The translations under genes and the position numbers were made by a program. From Candidatus Multivoradales bacterium (lineage in GTDB: Bacteria; Acidobacteriota; Thermoanaerobaculia; Multivoradales; Multivoraceae), in the NCBI GenBank assembly GCA_965223325.1, contig CBDCWI010000002.1, positions 4,384,001 through 4,448,000 on the forward strand: a stretch of DNA of 64,000 nucleotides. The letters are read 5' to 3'. Shown here one piece after another: positions 36,860 to 46,216 of this stretch (position 1 is the first letter of the stretch; every line of letters starts with the position of its first letter). Under the pieces are notes generated by a model. The model made no database searches and was not told the DNA's origin. It saw only the letters and a program-made list of their open reading frames with translations.

Positions 36860-39838
36860 CTAGAACTCCACGCGAACCGAGAAGCGCACGGTGCGAGCCG
36901 GCTGCCACTGGTTCGGCTGGTTGAACAACGTGTTCACGATGCTCGGGTTGGCTGCGAGGATGCCCTCGTAGTCCCAACCACCAGCGAAGAACTCTTCAGA
37001 GGTGAGCGGCAGGGAACCAACCGTGCGCTCGTTGACGCGACGGGTGACGGCTTCCTGATCGAACAGGTTCAGCACCGTCACACCGAAGCGCAGCTTGGTG
37101 GCCGACAGGTCGAGGTCGTAGAACAGGCTGAGGTCAGTCTGCGTGACGTCGTCTGTGCGTGACAGGTTGTCGCGACCGTTGGGGAAGAACGGAACGTTCG
37201 AACCCACGAAGGCCTCTTCCGACACCGGGATGCCACTGCTGTAGAACTGGTTCAACGCCGCGGTGACGCCGACCGGGAAGCGGTAGACGAACTGCGCCTT
37301 GGCCACGTGCGGGCGATCGGTGCCAAGAGGACCGAAGACCAGCTGACCGTTGCGGTCGTAGGTGTTCTCGATGTGGTCGAAGAAACGGTTGACATTCGGT
37401 GATGTACGGCCGTCCTCATCCGAGGAAGCCAGACCCGAATAGTTCCCCTCGAGCTCACTGTAGGTGTAGCTCGCCCACAAGGCCCAGTTGTCGGCCATGC
37501 GGCGGGTGAACTTGAACTCGAGACCGTTGTACTCGCGTGTTGCCTTGGGGAAGGCTGGGATCGACGGATCGTTGAGGGAGAGCGAGATGCCTTCGCCAGG
37601 ATTGGCGATGTAGAACACTTCGCCGATTCCGGGAACGACGATGCCGACGTCCTCGATGGTCCGCACGAGATCCTTGTAGATGTAGCGCGCACCGAGCACG
37701 ACCCGCGGGGTCAGCTGATGCTCGAGACCGAGTTGGTACTCGTCCTCTTCCATCGGCTTGAGGTTGGGGTCAACTGTGCTGTCCAGGTCTTCGGCCGAGT
37801 TGAAACGACGATCGAGAGCTTCGATGAAGCCACCTGCGGGGCAGCTGGGCGATTCGAAGATCGTGTTCGACCCGGTTGCGCAGCCGGACGTGCTGTTGGT
37901 GGACCAGTCGGGGTTGTCCCAGGTGAAGAAGTAGTCGACCCACTTGTCACCACCGAAGGACCCGCGCGGCAGCTCGTACTTCATGACGTCGAAGTACTTG
38001 CCGTAGGAGCCGTAGAGCTTCCACTCGGAGTCGCCGTTGATGTCCCAGGCGAAACCGAGACGCGGCGCAGTCTTGTCGTCGTAGTCGAACTCGATCGGCG
38101 AGGATGGTCCTGCGCTACCGAAGTTCGGAATCCGCTCATGCTCGGCACGCAGGCCGACGTTGAAGGTCCAGTTGCCGGTCTGGTAGGTGTCCTGCAGGAA
38201 TATGGCTTCGTTGCGGCTTGCGACCTGGCCCAACGTCGAGATGTTGAGCAGGCGGAAGTAGCCGTACTGACCGGAGATGGTCTGGCCAGTCGACGAGCGG
38301 TACGGACGGCCGGCGTAGTAGAGGATGCGATCAGCGTTGTAGCCGCTCTGGACGTCGTTGGTGATCTCCTCCGTCTGATAGCCGAGCTTGAGCGAGTGGT
38401 CGCCGCCACCCTGGACGTAGTAGGTGCCATCGAGCGACACCGACTCACGCTCGTACTCATCGCGAGCAGTTGCACCACCAACCAGGATGTCGCTGAAGAA
38501 TCCCGGACTGCGTTGGAACTGCGACGGCAGATTGGCGATACCCGCGGCAGTGCTGGTGGTCGAGAAGTTGTGAACGAGACCCGGGAACTGGATGCCGGTG
38601 TCCATCACATCTGTGTGGTAGAGCCCACCGCGGAGTGAGGCGACGAAGTTGGCGGTCGGCAGGTAGTCGACATAGCCAGAGATCGTGCGCCGTTCACCCT
38701 CTTCGCCCCGGAGGTAGTCTTCCGGGTCGGTCAAGCTGGTGCGACCACTGCGCACCGGGAGGCGACCGTCGACGGTGTAGTCGGAGTTGGCCACGCCGAG
38801 CTTGTAGAGCACCTGCGAACCGGCGTTGCCGTTGAAGTTGAGCAGACCGTACTGGACGTCGACTTCTTGTGGGAAGCGGTTGGTGGTGCCGTCGGTGAAG
38901 GTGGTCTGACGACTGTTGTCGGTCAGGCCGGGCTGGTAGGAGCCGAATACGAACAGGCGGTCGCGCACGATCGGGCCGCTGAAGAACGCGCCGGGATCGA
39001 TGCGCTCGTCGCTGTCGTCGGTGTTGCGCAGGTACTGCGGCGAATCATCGTCGAGGTTGCGTACCAGGACGGGCCGCTCGGAACCGCCGCCGATGTCGTT
39101 GTCTTCGTACTGGGCGAGAACGCCGAAGCGCCAGTCCTGCGTACCACCCTTGGTGACCGCGTTGATCACGCCACCGGTGGAACCGCCGAACTCGGCGGCG
39201 TAGCCGGCTGACTTGACCTGGACTTCTTCCATGAAGTCGGTGCGCATCGGAACGCTCGAGGTGCCTTCCTGCGGCGAAGTCGTGTCGATGCCGTCGATGA
39301 TGAAGCGGTTCTCAGCGCCCGACGAACCGTCGATCGAGAGACCGCCGGCCTGTGACTCGTCCTGCGCACCGCTGGCGAGGGCGACGACGTCTGAGAAGTC
39401 GCGACCGGCCGGAACCATCTCGATGCGTTCGCGGGCGATACTCGTTGTCGTAGCGTTCGACGAAACGTCGATCGCGAGACCTTCACTGGTCACAGTGATC
39501 ACTTCGTCGACCGAGGCCAGCGCGAGCTCAAAGACCACCCGGGTGACGTTGCCGATCGAGACGTCGGCTTCCTGGGACTGGCTGGCGAACCCTTCGAGGC
39601 CTGCCTCGACGGTGTAGATGCCAGACGCCAGGCGGGGCAGACGGAACTGGCCGTTGGCGTCGGTGGTGGTCGAGACGCGGCCCACCGGGCCGATGGCTTC
39701 AATGGTGACGCCGGGGAGTGCCCCGCCGTCGCCGTCGGTGACGGTTCCTGCGAGTGAACCTGCCTGTTCCTGTGCCCCTGCAGGCCAGGCCAGGAGGGCC
39801 ACGACGAGAATCGTCGTGAGAATTCCAAATGCGCGCAT
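36860..39838 (-). CDS. Oar-like TonB-dependent receptor with carboxypeptidase-regulatory N-domain
   Basis: Signal peptide, GTVTD..GGALPGVT, plug ENRFIIDG / GGSTGGVINAVTKGG, C-terminal VRVEF; GAGGAG RBS. Confidence 0.92.
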   Translation of the reverse strand: MRAFGILTTILVVALLAWPAGAQEQAGSLAGTVTDGDGGALPGVTIEAIGPVGRVSTTTDANGQFRLPRLASGIYTVEAGLEGFASQSQEADVSIGNVTRVVFELALASVDEVITVTSEGLAIDVSSNATTTSIARERIEMVPAGRDFSDVVALASGAQDESQAGGLSIDGSSGAENRFIIDGIDTTSPQEGTSSVPMRTDFMEEVQVKSAGYAAEFGGSTGGVINAVTKGGTQDWRFGVLAQYEDNDIGGGSERPVLVRNLDDDSPQYLRNTDDSDERIDPGAFFSGPIVRDRLFVFGSYQPGLTDNSRQTTFTDGTTNRFPQEVDVQYGLLNFNGNAGSQVLYKLGVANSDYTVDGRLPVRSGRTSLTDPEDYLRGEEGERRTISGYVDYLPTANFVASLRGGLYHTDVMDTGIQFPGLVHNFSTTSTAAGIANLPSQFQRSPGFFSDILVGGATARDEYERESVSLDGTYYVQGGGDHSLKLGYQTEEITNDVQSGYNADRILYYAGRPYRSSTGQTISGQYGYFRLLNISTLGQVASRNEAIFLQDTYQTGNWTFNVGLRAEHERIPNFGSAGPSSPIEFDYDDKTAPRLGFAWDINGDSEWKLYGSYGKYFDVMKYELPRGSFGGDKWVDYFFTWDNPDWSTNSTSGCATGSNTIFESPSCPAGGFIEALDRRFNSAEDLDSTVDPNLKPMEEDEYQLGLEHQLTPRVVLGARYIYKDLVRTIEDVGIVVPGIGEVFYIANPGEGISLSLNDPSIPAFPKATREYNGLEFKFTRRMADNWALWASYTYSELEGNYSGLASSDEDGRTSPNVNRFFDHIENTYDRNGQLVFGPLGTDRPHVAKAQFVYRFPVGVTAALNQFYSSGIPVSEEAFVGSNVPFFPNGRDNLSRTDDVTQTDLSLFYDLDLSATKLRFGVTVLNLFDQEAVTRRVNERTVGSLPLTSEEFFAGGWDYEGILAANPSIVNTLFNQPNQWQPARTVRFSVRVEF

Positions 39839-40279
39839 AGCTTTCTCCTCTTTTGCTAGTCGCTGTGAAGGACTCAGGTGATCTTGAAACTGAATACAAA
39901 GATGGCCAGACACCCGTTTATCCTCTTGAGATCTTCTGGGCCGGGGAGGTGCAACAACGCTGCCGGGATGAATCACCAAGAATAGGGATAAACCACAGGC
40001 TTCAGGTGAGGAACGGCGTTAGAACTGTTATCGACGCCACTGCCCGGATTCCAGCGGTCCTGGTCGTCTGGCCGCCGATCACGTCGCCTTCGGGACCAGG
40101 CGGGCGACGTTCTTGTCAGCCTGCCTGGGACGAACCGTTCAAACGGTTGGAGTCGGCTCCAGAATTATGGTGAGCGCGCTCACCAGGGAGGCGGCTTGAA
40201 GGCGCCGAGAGACCCTTGTTGGAGTGCTCATCCCGAACGAGTAACTTGGAAGCCGGTACGACTCGGATAGCCTCTGCCG

Positions 40280-41467
40280 ATGAGTGAGCCCCCGACTGAG
40301 CCCAGCTCTCCGCCGCTCCTTCGGGGCCGCAAGGGCGGGCTCTATCAGGCGCCCGGCGTTCGCCGCCCGCAGCGCGACATGGCCGCGCCCGAGCAGCTCT
40401 ATACCTGGGAGGTCGGGGGCCCCTCGCATGGCGAACGGCTCGATCGATTCCTCGAGCGTGAGTGTTCGTTCGCCAGCCGGAGCGTGGTGCGCCAATGGCT
40501 CGAGCAAGGCCTCCTTCGCATCGCTGCCTGGAAGGATCCGCAGGCTTCACCGGTCGGTCGGCTGCGGCCGGCGACCCGGTTGCGTCGCGGCCAGAAGGTC
40601 GAGTTGCGCCTCGTAGCGCCCGCTGTACGCATCGCTTCGCGGAACGAGGCGCCACCTCTCGAGGTGCTCTTCGAAGACGAACAACTCCTCGCGTTCTCGA
40701 AGCCTTCTGGGGTCAACATGTATCCGAGTCCGCGCCATCCGGGGGCTTCACTCATTGAACGGGTTCACCGGCGTCACCGCGAGCTCGGCCTAGGCACCCA
40801 ACCTCCGCCTTCGCCTTGCCACCGCCTCGATCGAGACACCTCGGGGGTCGTGCTCTTTGCGAGAGATCGGCGGAGCCGCGCAACCATCGCACGGGCCTTC
40901 GAACTACGACAGCTCGAGAAGGTCTACCTGGCGCTGGTGGCCGGAGTTGTCGAAGCCGACCGCCAGCGGCTCACCGGACATCTAGGACCGGACCCGAGCT
41001 CTACGATTCCCGCCCGGCAGGCGGTCGTCGCAGACACGACGCCAGGTTCGCAGACTGCCGAAACCGAGGTCAGGGTGAAAAAGCGCGGTGCCGACCGTAC
41101 GCTCCTCGAGCTGCGACCGAAGACCGGGCGCCAGCACCAGCTTCGGGTTCACCTGGCCGATGCCGGCCACCCGATCCTCGGCGATCGTCTCTACCTGGGC
41201 GGCGACGATCTCTTCCTCCGATCGCTCGACGCCGAAGGGCTCGAGTCGCTCACCAGCGCCGATCGCCAGCGACTGGTTCTTCCCCGGCTCGCCCTGCACG
41301 CCTGGAGACTCGCCCTCCGGCACCCAGCAACCGGCGCCTGGATCCTGATCGAGGCACCGCCAGCGACCGGAACCTTCGGGGGCACCGAACTCGGCGGAGG
41401 CACTGAACTCTTCGGAGGCACTGAACTCTTCGGAGGCACTGAACTCTTCGGAGGGTTCGATGACTGA
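40280..41467 (+). CDS. RluA-family pseudouridine synthase
   Basis: S4-like RLDRFL, KPSG, HRLDRDTSG, TGRQHQLRVH, HPILGDRLY, LHAWRL. Confidence 0.92.
   Translation: MSEPPTEPSSPPLLRGRKGGLYQAPGVRRPQRDMAAPEQLYTWEVGGPSHGERLDRFLERECSFASRSVVRQWLEQGLLRIAAWKDPQASPVGRLRPATRLRRGQKVELRLVAPAVRIASRNEAPPLEVLFEDEQLLAFSKPSGVNMYPSPRHPGASLIERVHRRHRELGLGTQPPPSPCHRLDRDTSGVVLFARDRRSRATIARAFELRQLEKVYLALVAGVVEADRQRLTGHLGPDPSSTIPARQAVVADTTPGSQTAETEVRVKKRGADRTLLELRPKTGRQHQLRVHLADAGHPILGDRLYLGGDDLFLRSLDAEGLESLTSADRQRLVLPRLALHAWRLALRHPATGAWILIEAPPATGTFGGTELGGGTELFGGTELFGGTELFGGFDD
41375..41454 (+). repeat. 18-bp VNTR (about 4.5 units) encoding (F/G)GGTEL
   Basis: TTCGGAGGCACTGAACTC tandem repeats within the 3' end of the RluA gene. 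Confidence 0.9.
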
Positions 41468-41541
41468 AGCCCGCGCGTCGGGCCGGCGGCTCCGCGAAGG
41501 CGATCCATCCAGTGGTCCAGCAGGCGGCGTACACTCGGTCG

Positions 41542-41904
41542 ATGAGCACCGTCAAGAAGATCTCGTTGGGCCTCATGGCCCTGTTCTATGTCGCTGCGGG
41601 CATCAACCACTTCATCAACCCCGACTTCTACATCCGGCTCATGCCGCCGTGGATTCCAGCCCATGCCGCGATGGTCGCGCTCTCGGGCGTCGCCGAGATC
41701 GCTCTCGGTTGCCTGGTCCTGCTACCTGCTACCCGCAAGCTCGCTGCCTGGGGCATCATCGCGATGCTGGTCGGATTCCTGCCGGTACACGTTCACATGC
41801 TGGTCAATGCGGAGCTCTACCCCGAGGCGCCGGTTCCCTTTCTGTGGCTTCGCTTCCCGATGCAGGTGGTATTCGGATTGTGGGCCTGGTGGCATCGCGA
41901 GTAG
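41542..41904 (+). CDS. DoxX-like membrane protein
   Basis: AGINHF.NP.FY..MPPW, SGVAEI, WLRFPMQ. Confidence 0.8.
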   Translation: MSTVKKISLGLMALFYVAAGINHFINPDFYIRLMPPWIPAHAAMVALSGVAEIALGCLVLLPATRKLAAWGIIAMLVGFLPVHVHMLVNAELYPEAPVPFLWLRFPMQVVFGLWAWWHRE

Positions 41905-42000
41905 CTGAACCTGCGAGGCGGCGCGCTCCCACGGGTCGCTCCCCTGAGCAGGCGATAGACTGAGGGCTCCAACCCCACTCTGCCAACCAGGAGTTACGCC

Positions 42001-43362
42001 ATGTCTGACCGCGCTCGCGAGTCGTCGCTGTCCGTCTCCCTCACCCGGTCGCGCATTGCCGGCCTGACGCTCCTGCTCGCCGCGGGCCTCACCGCAAACG
42101 CCTGCGCCAACGAGACGCGCGCCGACCGTCCACCCGGTTCGAACCAACTGATTCTCGGCGCCACACCCGAGGCCGCCGGAATGTCGAGTGAGCGCCTCGA
42201 ACGACTCGACGAGGCCATGCAACAACTCGTCGACGACGGCAAACTCGCTGGGATCGTCACCATGATTTCCCGCCACGACCGCATCGTGCACGAGAAGGCC
42301 TTCGGCCACCGCGACATCGCCGCCGACGACCCCCTCGAGACGACCGACATCTTCCGCATCTATTCGATGACCAAGCCGATCACCGGCGTCGCTTTGATGA
42401 TGCTCTACGAAGAGGGCAAGTTCCGGCTCTCGGATCCAGTCGAGAAGTACATCCCTGAGTTCAAAGGAATGCAGGTAGTGGCGGAAGAAAGACCCACCGG
42501 CCCGGTGCTGGTCGACCAGGACCACCCGATGACGATTCGAGAACTGATGAGCCATACCGCCGGCCTCACCTACGGCCTGTTCTCGCGCTCCTATGTCGAC
42601 ACCCTCTACACCGAAGCCAACATGCTCGACTCCAACTCGACGCTTGCCGACATGATCACCAAGCTCTCGCAGACACCACTGCGCTTCCAGCCCGGCACCC
42701 GCTGGCACTACAGCGTCGCGGTTGACGTGCAGGGCTACCTCGTCGAGGTCCTTTCCGGCCTGCCCTTCGATCGCTACCTGGAAGAGCGGATCTTCGAGCC
42801 TCTCGGTATGAAAGACACCGGCTTTCACGTCCCCGCCGAAAGCGCCGAGCGCTTCGCCCAGGTCTACGCCTACGACGAAGACGGCAAGCTCTTCGCCCAG
42901 GAGGGCTTTGGCGGCAGCCGCAGCTATCTCGAGCCGGCCACTTTCTTCTCGGGGGGTGGCGGTCTCGTATCCACCGCGCAGGACTACATGCGTTTCTCGC
43001 AGATGCTCCTGAACGGTGGCGAGCTCGACGGCGTGCGCATCCTGGCGCCGCTTACCGTAGAGCTCATGCACCGCAACCAACTCCCCGAAGAACTCGAAGA
43101 GATGTCTCCCGGCACCGGCTTCGGCCTCGACTTCGCAGTGATCGAGGACCCCGTCGAAGCAGACGGTGTGTCAGAAGGCGAGTACTACTGGGGCGGCGCA
43201 GCCGGCACCTGGTTCTGGATCGACCCGGTTGAGGATCTGGCCTTCGTCGGCATGATCCAGCAGTTCGGCCAAAGCCGGCCCGACGTGCGCTCCTTGTCGC
43301 GTCGCTTGACGTATCAGGCGATTCTCGACGCCGAAGGCGATGAGCACCCGCATGTGAACTGA
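42001..43362 (+). CDS. Serine hydrolase, beta-lactamase class C-like
   Basis: IYSMTKP (SxxK), LMSHTAG, WHYS, PLGMKDT, WGGAAGT. Confidence 0.9.
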   Translation: MSDRARESSLSVSLTRSRIAGLTLLLAAGLTANACANETRADRPPGSNQLILGATPEAAGMSSERLERLDEAMQQLVDDGKLAGIVTMISRHDRIVHEKAFGHRDIAADDPLETTDIFRIYSMTKPITGVALMMLYEEGKFRLSDPVEKYIPEFKGMQVVAEERPTGPVLVDQDHPMTIRELMSHTAGLTYGLFSRSYVDTLYTEANMLDSNSTLADMITKLSQTPLRFQPGTRWHYSVAVDVQGYLVEVLSGLPFDRYLEERIFEPLGMKDTGFHVPAESAERFAQVYAYDEDGKLFAQEGFGGSRSYLEPATFFSGGGGLVSTAQDYMRFSQMLLNGGELDGVRILAPLTVELMHRNQLPEELEEMSPGTGFGLDFAVIEDPVEADGVSEGEYYWGGAAGTWFWIDPVEDLAFVGMIQQFGQSRPDVRSLSRRLTYQAILDAEGDEHPHVN

Positions 43363-43392
43363 TTCGAGTCCGCTGGCCGCGGAGGGCCCCTG

Positions 43393-44463
43393 CTAGCGCA
43401 GGCTAACTCGAACTCGCTCGCCCGGCGAAAGCTCGGCGGCCTCCAGCTCGATCCGCACCAGGTAGCCCCACTCGCGTATGTCGGAGCGGTACCAGAGTTC
43501 TTCGGGCAACGGCAGGCTCTCAGCAGCGATGCTCACAACGGTTCCCGCCAGGCGCTCACCGGACGAGCGCCGCACGACGGCCGCGCTGCCAGGATCCGAG
43601 GTTTGAGCGGTGCGCAGGTCGGTCCAGACGTGGACCTCGCGAGTGGTCAGAGGACTGATTCGCGCAATCGGTTGGCCACTCTCGACCCACTCGCCGGGAG
43701 CACTCATGATCTGTGTCACCTGACCTTCGCGAGGACTCACCAGGTCGAGCTGCCCCAGGCGCCTGGCGATCTCCTCGAGGCGGCGCTCGGCCGCGACGAT
43801 CAGCCACTCGTTGGGTCCATCGGGAACCGCGGCGCGGGAAGTCGCGGTATCGACGACGTCTGACGCGAGCCGTAGCCTTTGACGCTCGGCCTGTAGCCGC
43901 GCCTGGATGACCTCGACTTCTTTCCTGAGATCTTCGGCACGCGCGGGTGCGGTGAGCCCGCGCTCCGCCAGCACCTCGACCCGCGCAAGCTCGGTTTGAC
44001 CGGCGACCAGCTGGGCCTCGGCCTCCGCAACGGAGGCGCGCAGCCGCGCCTGTTCGAGGCGCGCCTCTTCCCGATCTCCTTCGTAGCGCCGCAGGCGCAC
44101 CAGCGCCTCGGTGGACTCGTTTGTGCCGAGCGCCTCGAGCTCAGCTTGCAGAATGTCTCTTCGAAGCAGCAGCTCGGCCGGGTCGAGTTGTGCGATGACC
44201 TGCTCGGCCGTGACCTGATCGTGGAGGCCGATCGAGAAAGTGAGCAGCATGCCGTCTTCTGGAGTCGAAACCACCACCGGCGTCGCCCAGGCGATTCCTT
44301 GAGCGTCACCTGCCGGTCGGCCCAGAAGCAGGAAGACGGCGAAGGCGACGCCACCAAGCCACAACCCAACGGTCGCCAGTTTCTTGAAGCGTAGTGACGC
44401 AACCGGTAGACGCCATCGGCCGGCTCCGGAAGAGCCTCCCGTCCTGGATGCGGTGGCGGTCAT
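43393..44463 (-). CDS. HlyD-family membrane fusion protein
   Basis: N-terminal TM, biotinyl/lipoyl halves (STPEDG; SPREGQV..GEWV), long coiled coil, LSPGERVRV. Confidence 0.78.
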   Translation of the reverse strand: MTATASRTGGSSGAGRWRLPVASLRFKKLATVGLWLGGVAFAVFLLLGRPAGDAQGIAWATPVVVSTPEDGMLLTFSIGLHDQVTAEQVIAQLDPAELLLRRDILQAELEALGTNESTEALVRLRRYEGDREEARLEQARLRASVAEAEAQLVAGQTELARVEVLAERGLTAPARAEDLRKEVEVIQARLQAERQRLRLASDVVDTATSRAAVPDGPNEWLIVAAERRLEEIARRLGQLDLVSPREGQVTQIMSAPGEWVESGQPIARISPLTTREVHVWTDLRTAQTSDPGSAAVVRRSSGERLAGTVVSIAAESLPLPEELWYRSDIREWGYLVRIELEAAELSPGERVRVSLR

Positions 44464-45149
44464 CCCGCCTGCACTCGCGCCGCGGGTAGGAGGGAGATCG
44501 AGTGAACCCCAAGACCTCTCAGCTCGCGCACGATCCGCTCGGAGACGTCGTGACTCCGTAGGTCAACGTCATAGACCAGTTCGTATTCATCGTCGGACAC
44601 CGAACGGATTCCACTGAGCTGGAAGTTCGAACAGTGCCGCGCGAGCACCTCGGTGATCCGGTCGCGCTCCTCGTCGCTGTTCGAAGCGCGCATTCGTAGT
44701 AGCCCTTCGGCCTGGTTGGGTGCACCAAACGATGCCCAGGAGAGAAACAGGGCGGCCGCACCGCACGTCAGAGCAGCCGCCAACGCCAGTTTGGGTGTTC
44801 CAGAGCCTGAAGCCATGCCGACGGCGACGGCCAGAAACAGGAATGCGGTATCGAGGGCGTCTTTGATCGGGGTGCGAAAGCGGACGATCGCAAGCGCCGC
44901 GCCCAGGCCGAAGGCGCGCGCCAAGCTGTCACCCACGACGCACATGATCACCGCAACCACCATGCTCAACAAGACGAGCGACTGGACGAAGTTCTGGCTG
45001 TAGTTGAGAGCGCCATGCACGGCGCCGTAGACCCACGACACCGCGATTCCACCTAGAAAGGCAACCAGGAGGCGCACGAAGAAGTCTTCGAGAGTCATGG
45101 CTCCCGAAACTGTGCTCCCCGCCATGAAGGCGTTTAGAAGCTCGTCCAT
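44460..45149 (-). CDS. DUF4956 membrane protein
   Basis: SQNFVQSL, SLARAFGLGAALAIVRFRTPIKD, AVGMASG. Confidence 0.88.
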   Translation of the reverse strand: MDELLNAFMAGSTVSGAMTLEDFFVRLLVAFLGGIAVSWVYGAVHGALNYSQNFVQSLVLLSMVVAVIMCVVGDSLARAFGLGAALAIVRFRTPIKDALDTAFLFLAVAVGMASGSGTPKLALAAALTCGAAALFLSWASFGAPNQAEGLLRMRASNSDEERDRITEVLARHCSNFQLSGIRSVSDDEYELVYDVDLRSHDVSERIVRELRGLGVHSISLLPAARVQAG

Positions 45150-46024
45150 GATCCGGGTACCGCGACCGCCGAACCAACGGGGGAGAGGGCGCTCAGACCG
45201 TACTTCGATACCGAGACCCGGTCGAGTTCCAGCTGCCGAGCAGCGCGCTGCATCCAGGCCGGGGCTGCACCCAGGAACTTCATCTCGAGGACCGTCCGAT
45301 CATCCACCTCGGGAAACAGCCAGCCGCCTCGCGAGAGGCGGAAGGGATGGGCAGGGTCGAAAGACTGAGCCTCGATGGCACGATCGAAAGTGATTCTCAC
45401 GCCGTCGCCCCACTCGCTCACGTAGGCGTGCCGGTTATAGCGAACCCAGACGTGTGGAGCCATCCCGCGACTGTCGATCACTTCACGAATCGCATCGAGC
45501 TCGTGGTGGGTGCTGCGTCCTCGATAGGCATCCAACGGTGCGACCCCTGTTGCAAGACGTAGGGCATCGTCTGGACTCAGCGCGGCTCGCGTCTTTTGGA
45601 TCGTGGTGCCGAAGCGCTGCTTGAGCTCGAGAAAGAAGGGTGGTTGCGGCGTCCGGTAGTAGGTCCGAATGCGAACCTTGGAGCGCAAGGCGATGCCTTC
45701 GTCCATTTCGTGCAGGTCGTCGAGACCTGGAGTGTCGAAGTACAGGCTATTGACGGGATAGGCGCCATCCGAGGAGTGCGCATCCGGCACGAGGTAGACG
45801 AGCGCCCGTTCCCGAACCGCTTCGGCCTGGGCGAAACTCAGGCGATACTTGAATTCAAACCGAGGAGAAAAGATGGCCTGAGGATCCTCAATCGGAAGTT
45901 TGGGCTTCAAAAGCAGACGGTGACAAGAAGGATGAAGATCGGTAAAGATCCTTCGACCATTATATTCGAGGATGGCTATCGGCAGGGTTGAGTGCCCCCC
46001 GTGGCCCCCCGACGCCTCGGCCAA
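45134..46024 (-). CDS. VTC-domain (polyphosphate polymerase-like) protein
   Basis: RFEFKY, VNSLYFDT, KVRIRTY, FLELK, RITFD, VLEMKF, SKY; the true start may lie further downstream. Confidence 0.85.
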   Translation of the reverse strand: MAEASGGHGGHSTLPIAILEYNGRRIFTDLHPSCHRLLLKPKLPIEDPQAIFSPRFEFKYRLSFAQAEAVRERALVYLVPDAHSSDGAYPVNSLYFDTPGLDDLHEMDEGIALRSKVRIRTYYRTPQPPFFLELKQRFGTTIQKTRAALSPDDALRLATGVAPLDAYRGRSTHHELDAIREVIDSRGMAPHVWVRYNRHAYVSEWGDGVRITFDRAIEAQSFDPAHPFRLSRGGWLFPEVDDRTVLEMKFLGAAPAWMQRAARQLELDRVSVSKYGLSALSPVGSAVAVPGSWTSF

Positions 46025-46216
46025 TCACGCACGAAGAGCAGAAGCTACCAGCAGATCGCCAGAGGACGACTCGCCTGCGGCAGAGTGGAGAAGAGCTTCC
46101 ACTCCGGTCGGCCTCGCAGGCCCAACAGCGGCCCAACCTCCAGGGTCGTTGGGTCAGTCATCGCGGCGCGACAGTTTCCCACGACGGCGAGAAGCTGGAG
46201 AGTTCGTTTAGAACCC

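Noticed and set aside
39839-40279. Riboswitch (e.g. cobalamin) upstream of the TonB-dependent receptor
   Set aside because: Conserved boxes were not found in the correct orientation by eye; an Infernal/Rfam scan would be needed to exclude it fully
41375-41454. Possible mini-CRISPR
   Set aside because: Contiguous 18-bp coding tandem repeat without spacers
42001-43362. Antibiotic-resistance beta-lactamases (also 51092-52240)
   Set aside because: Generic SxxK serine hydrolases common in this lineage; nothing in the sequence supports a resistance function
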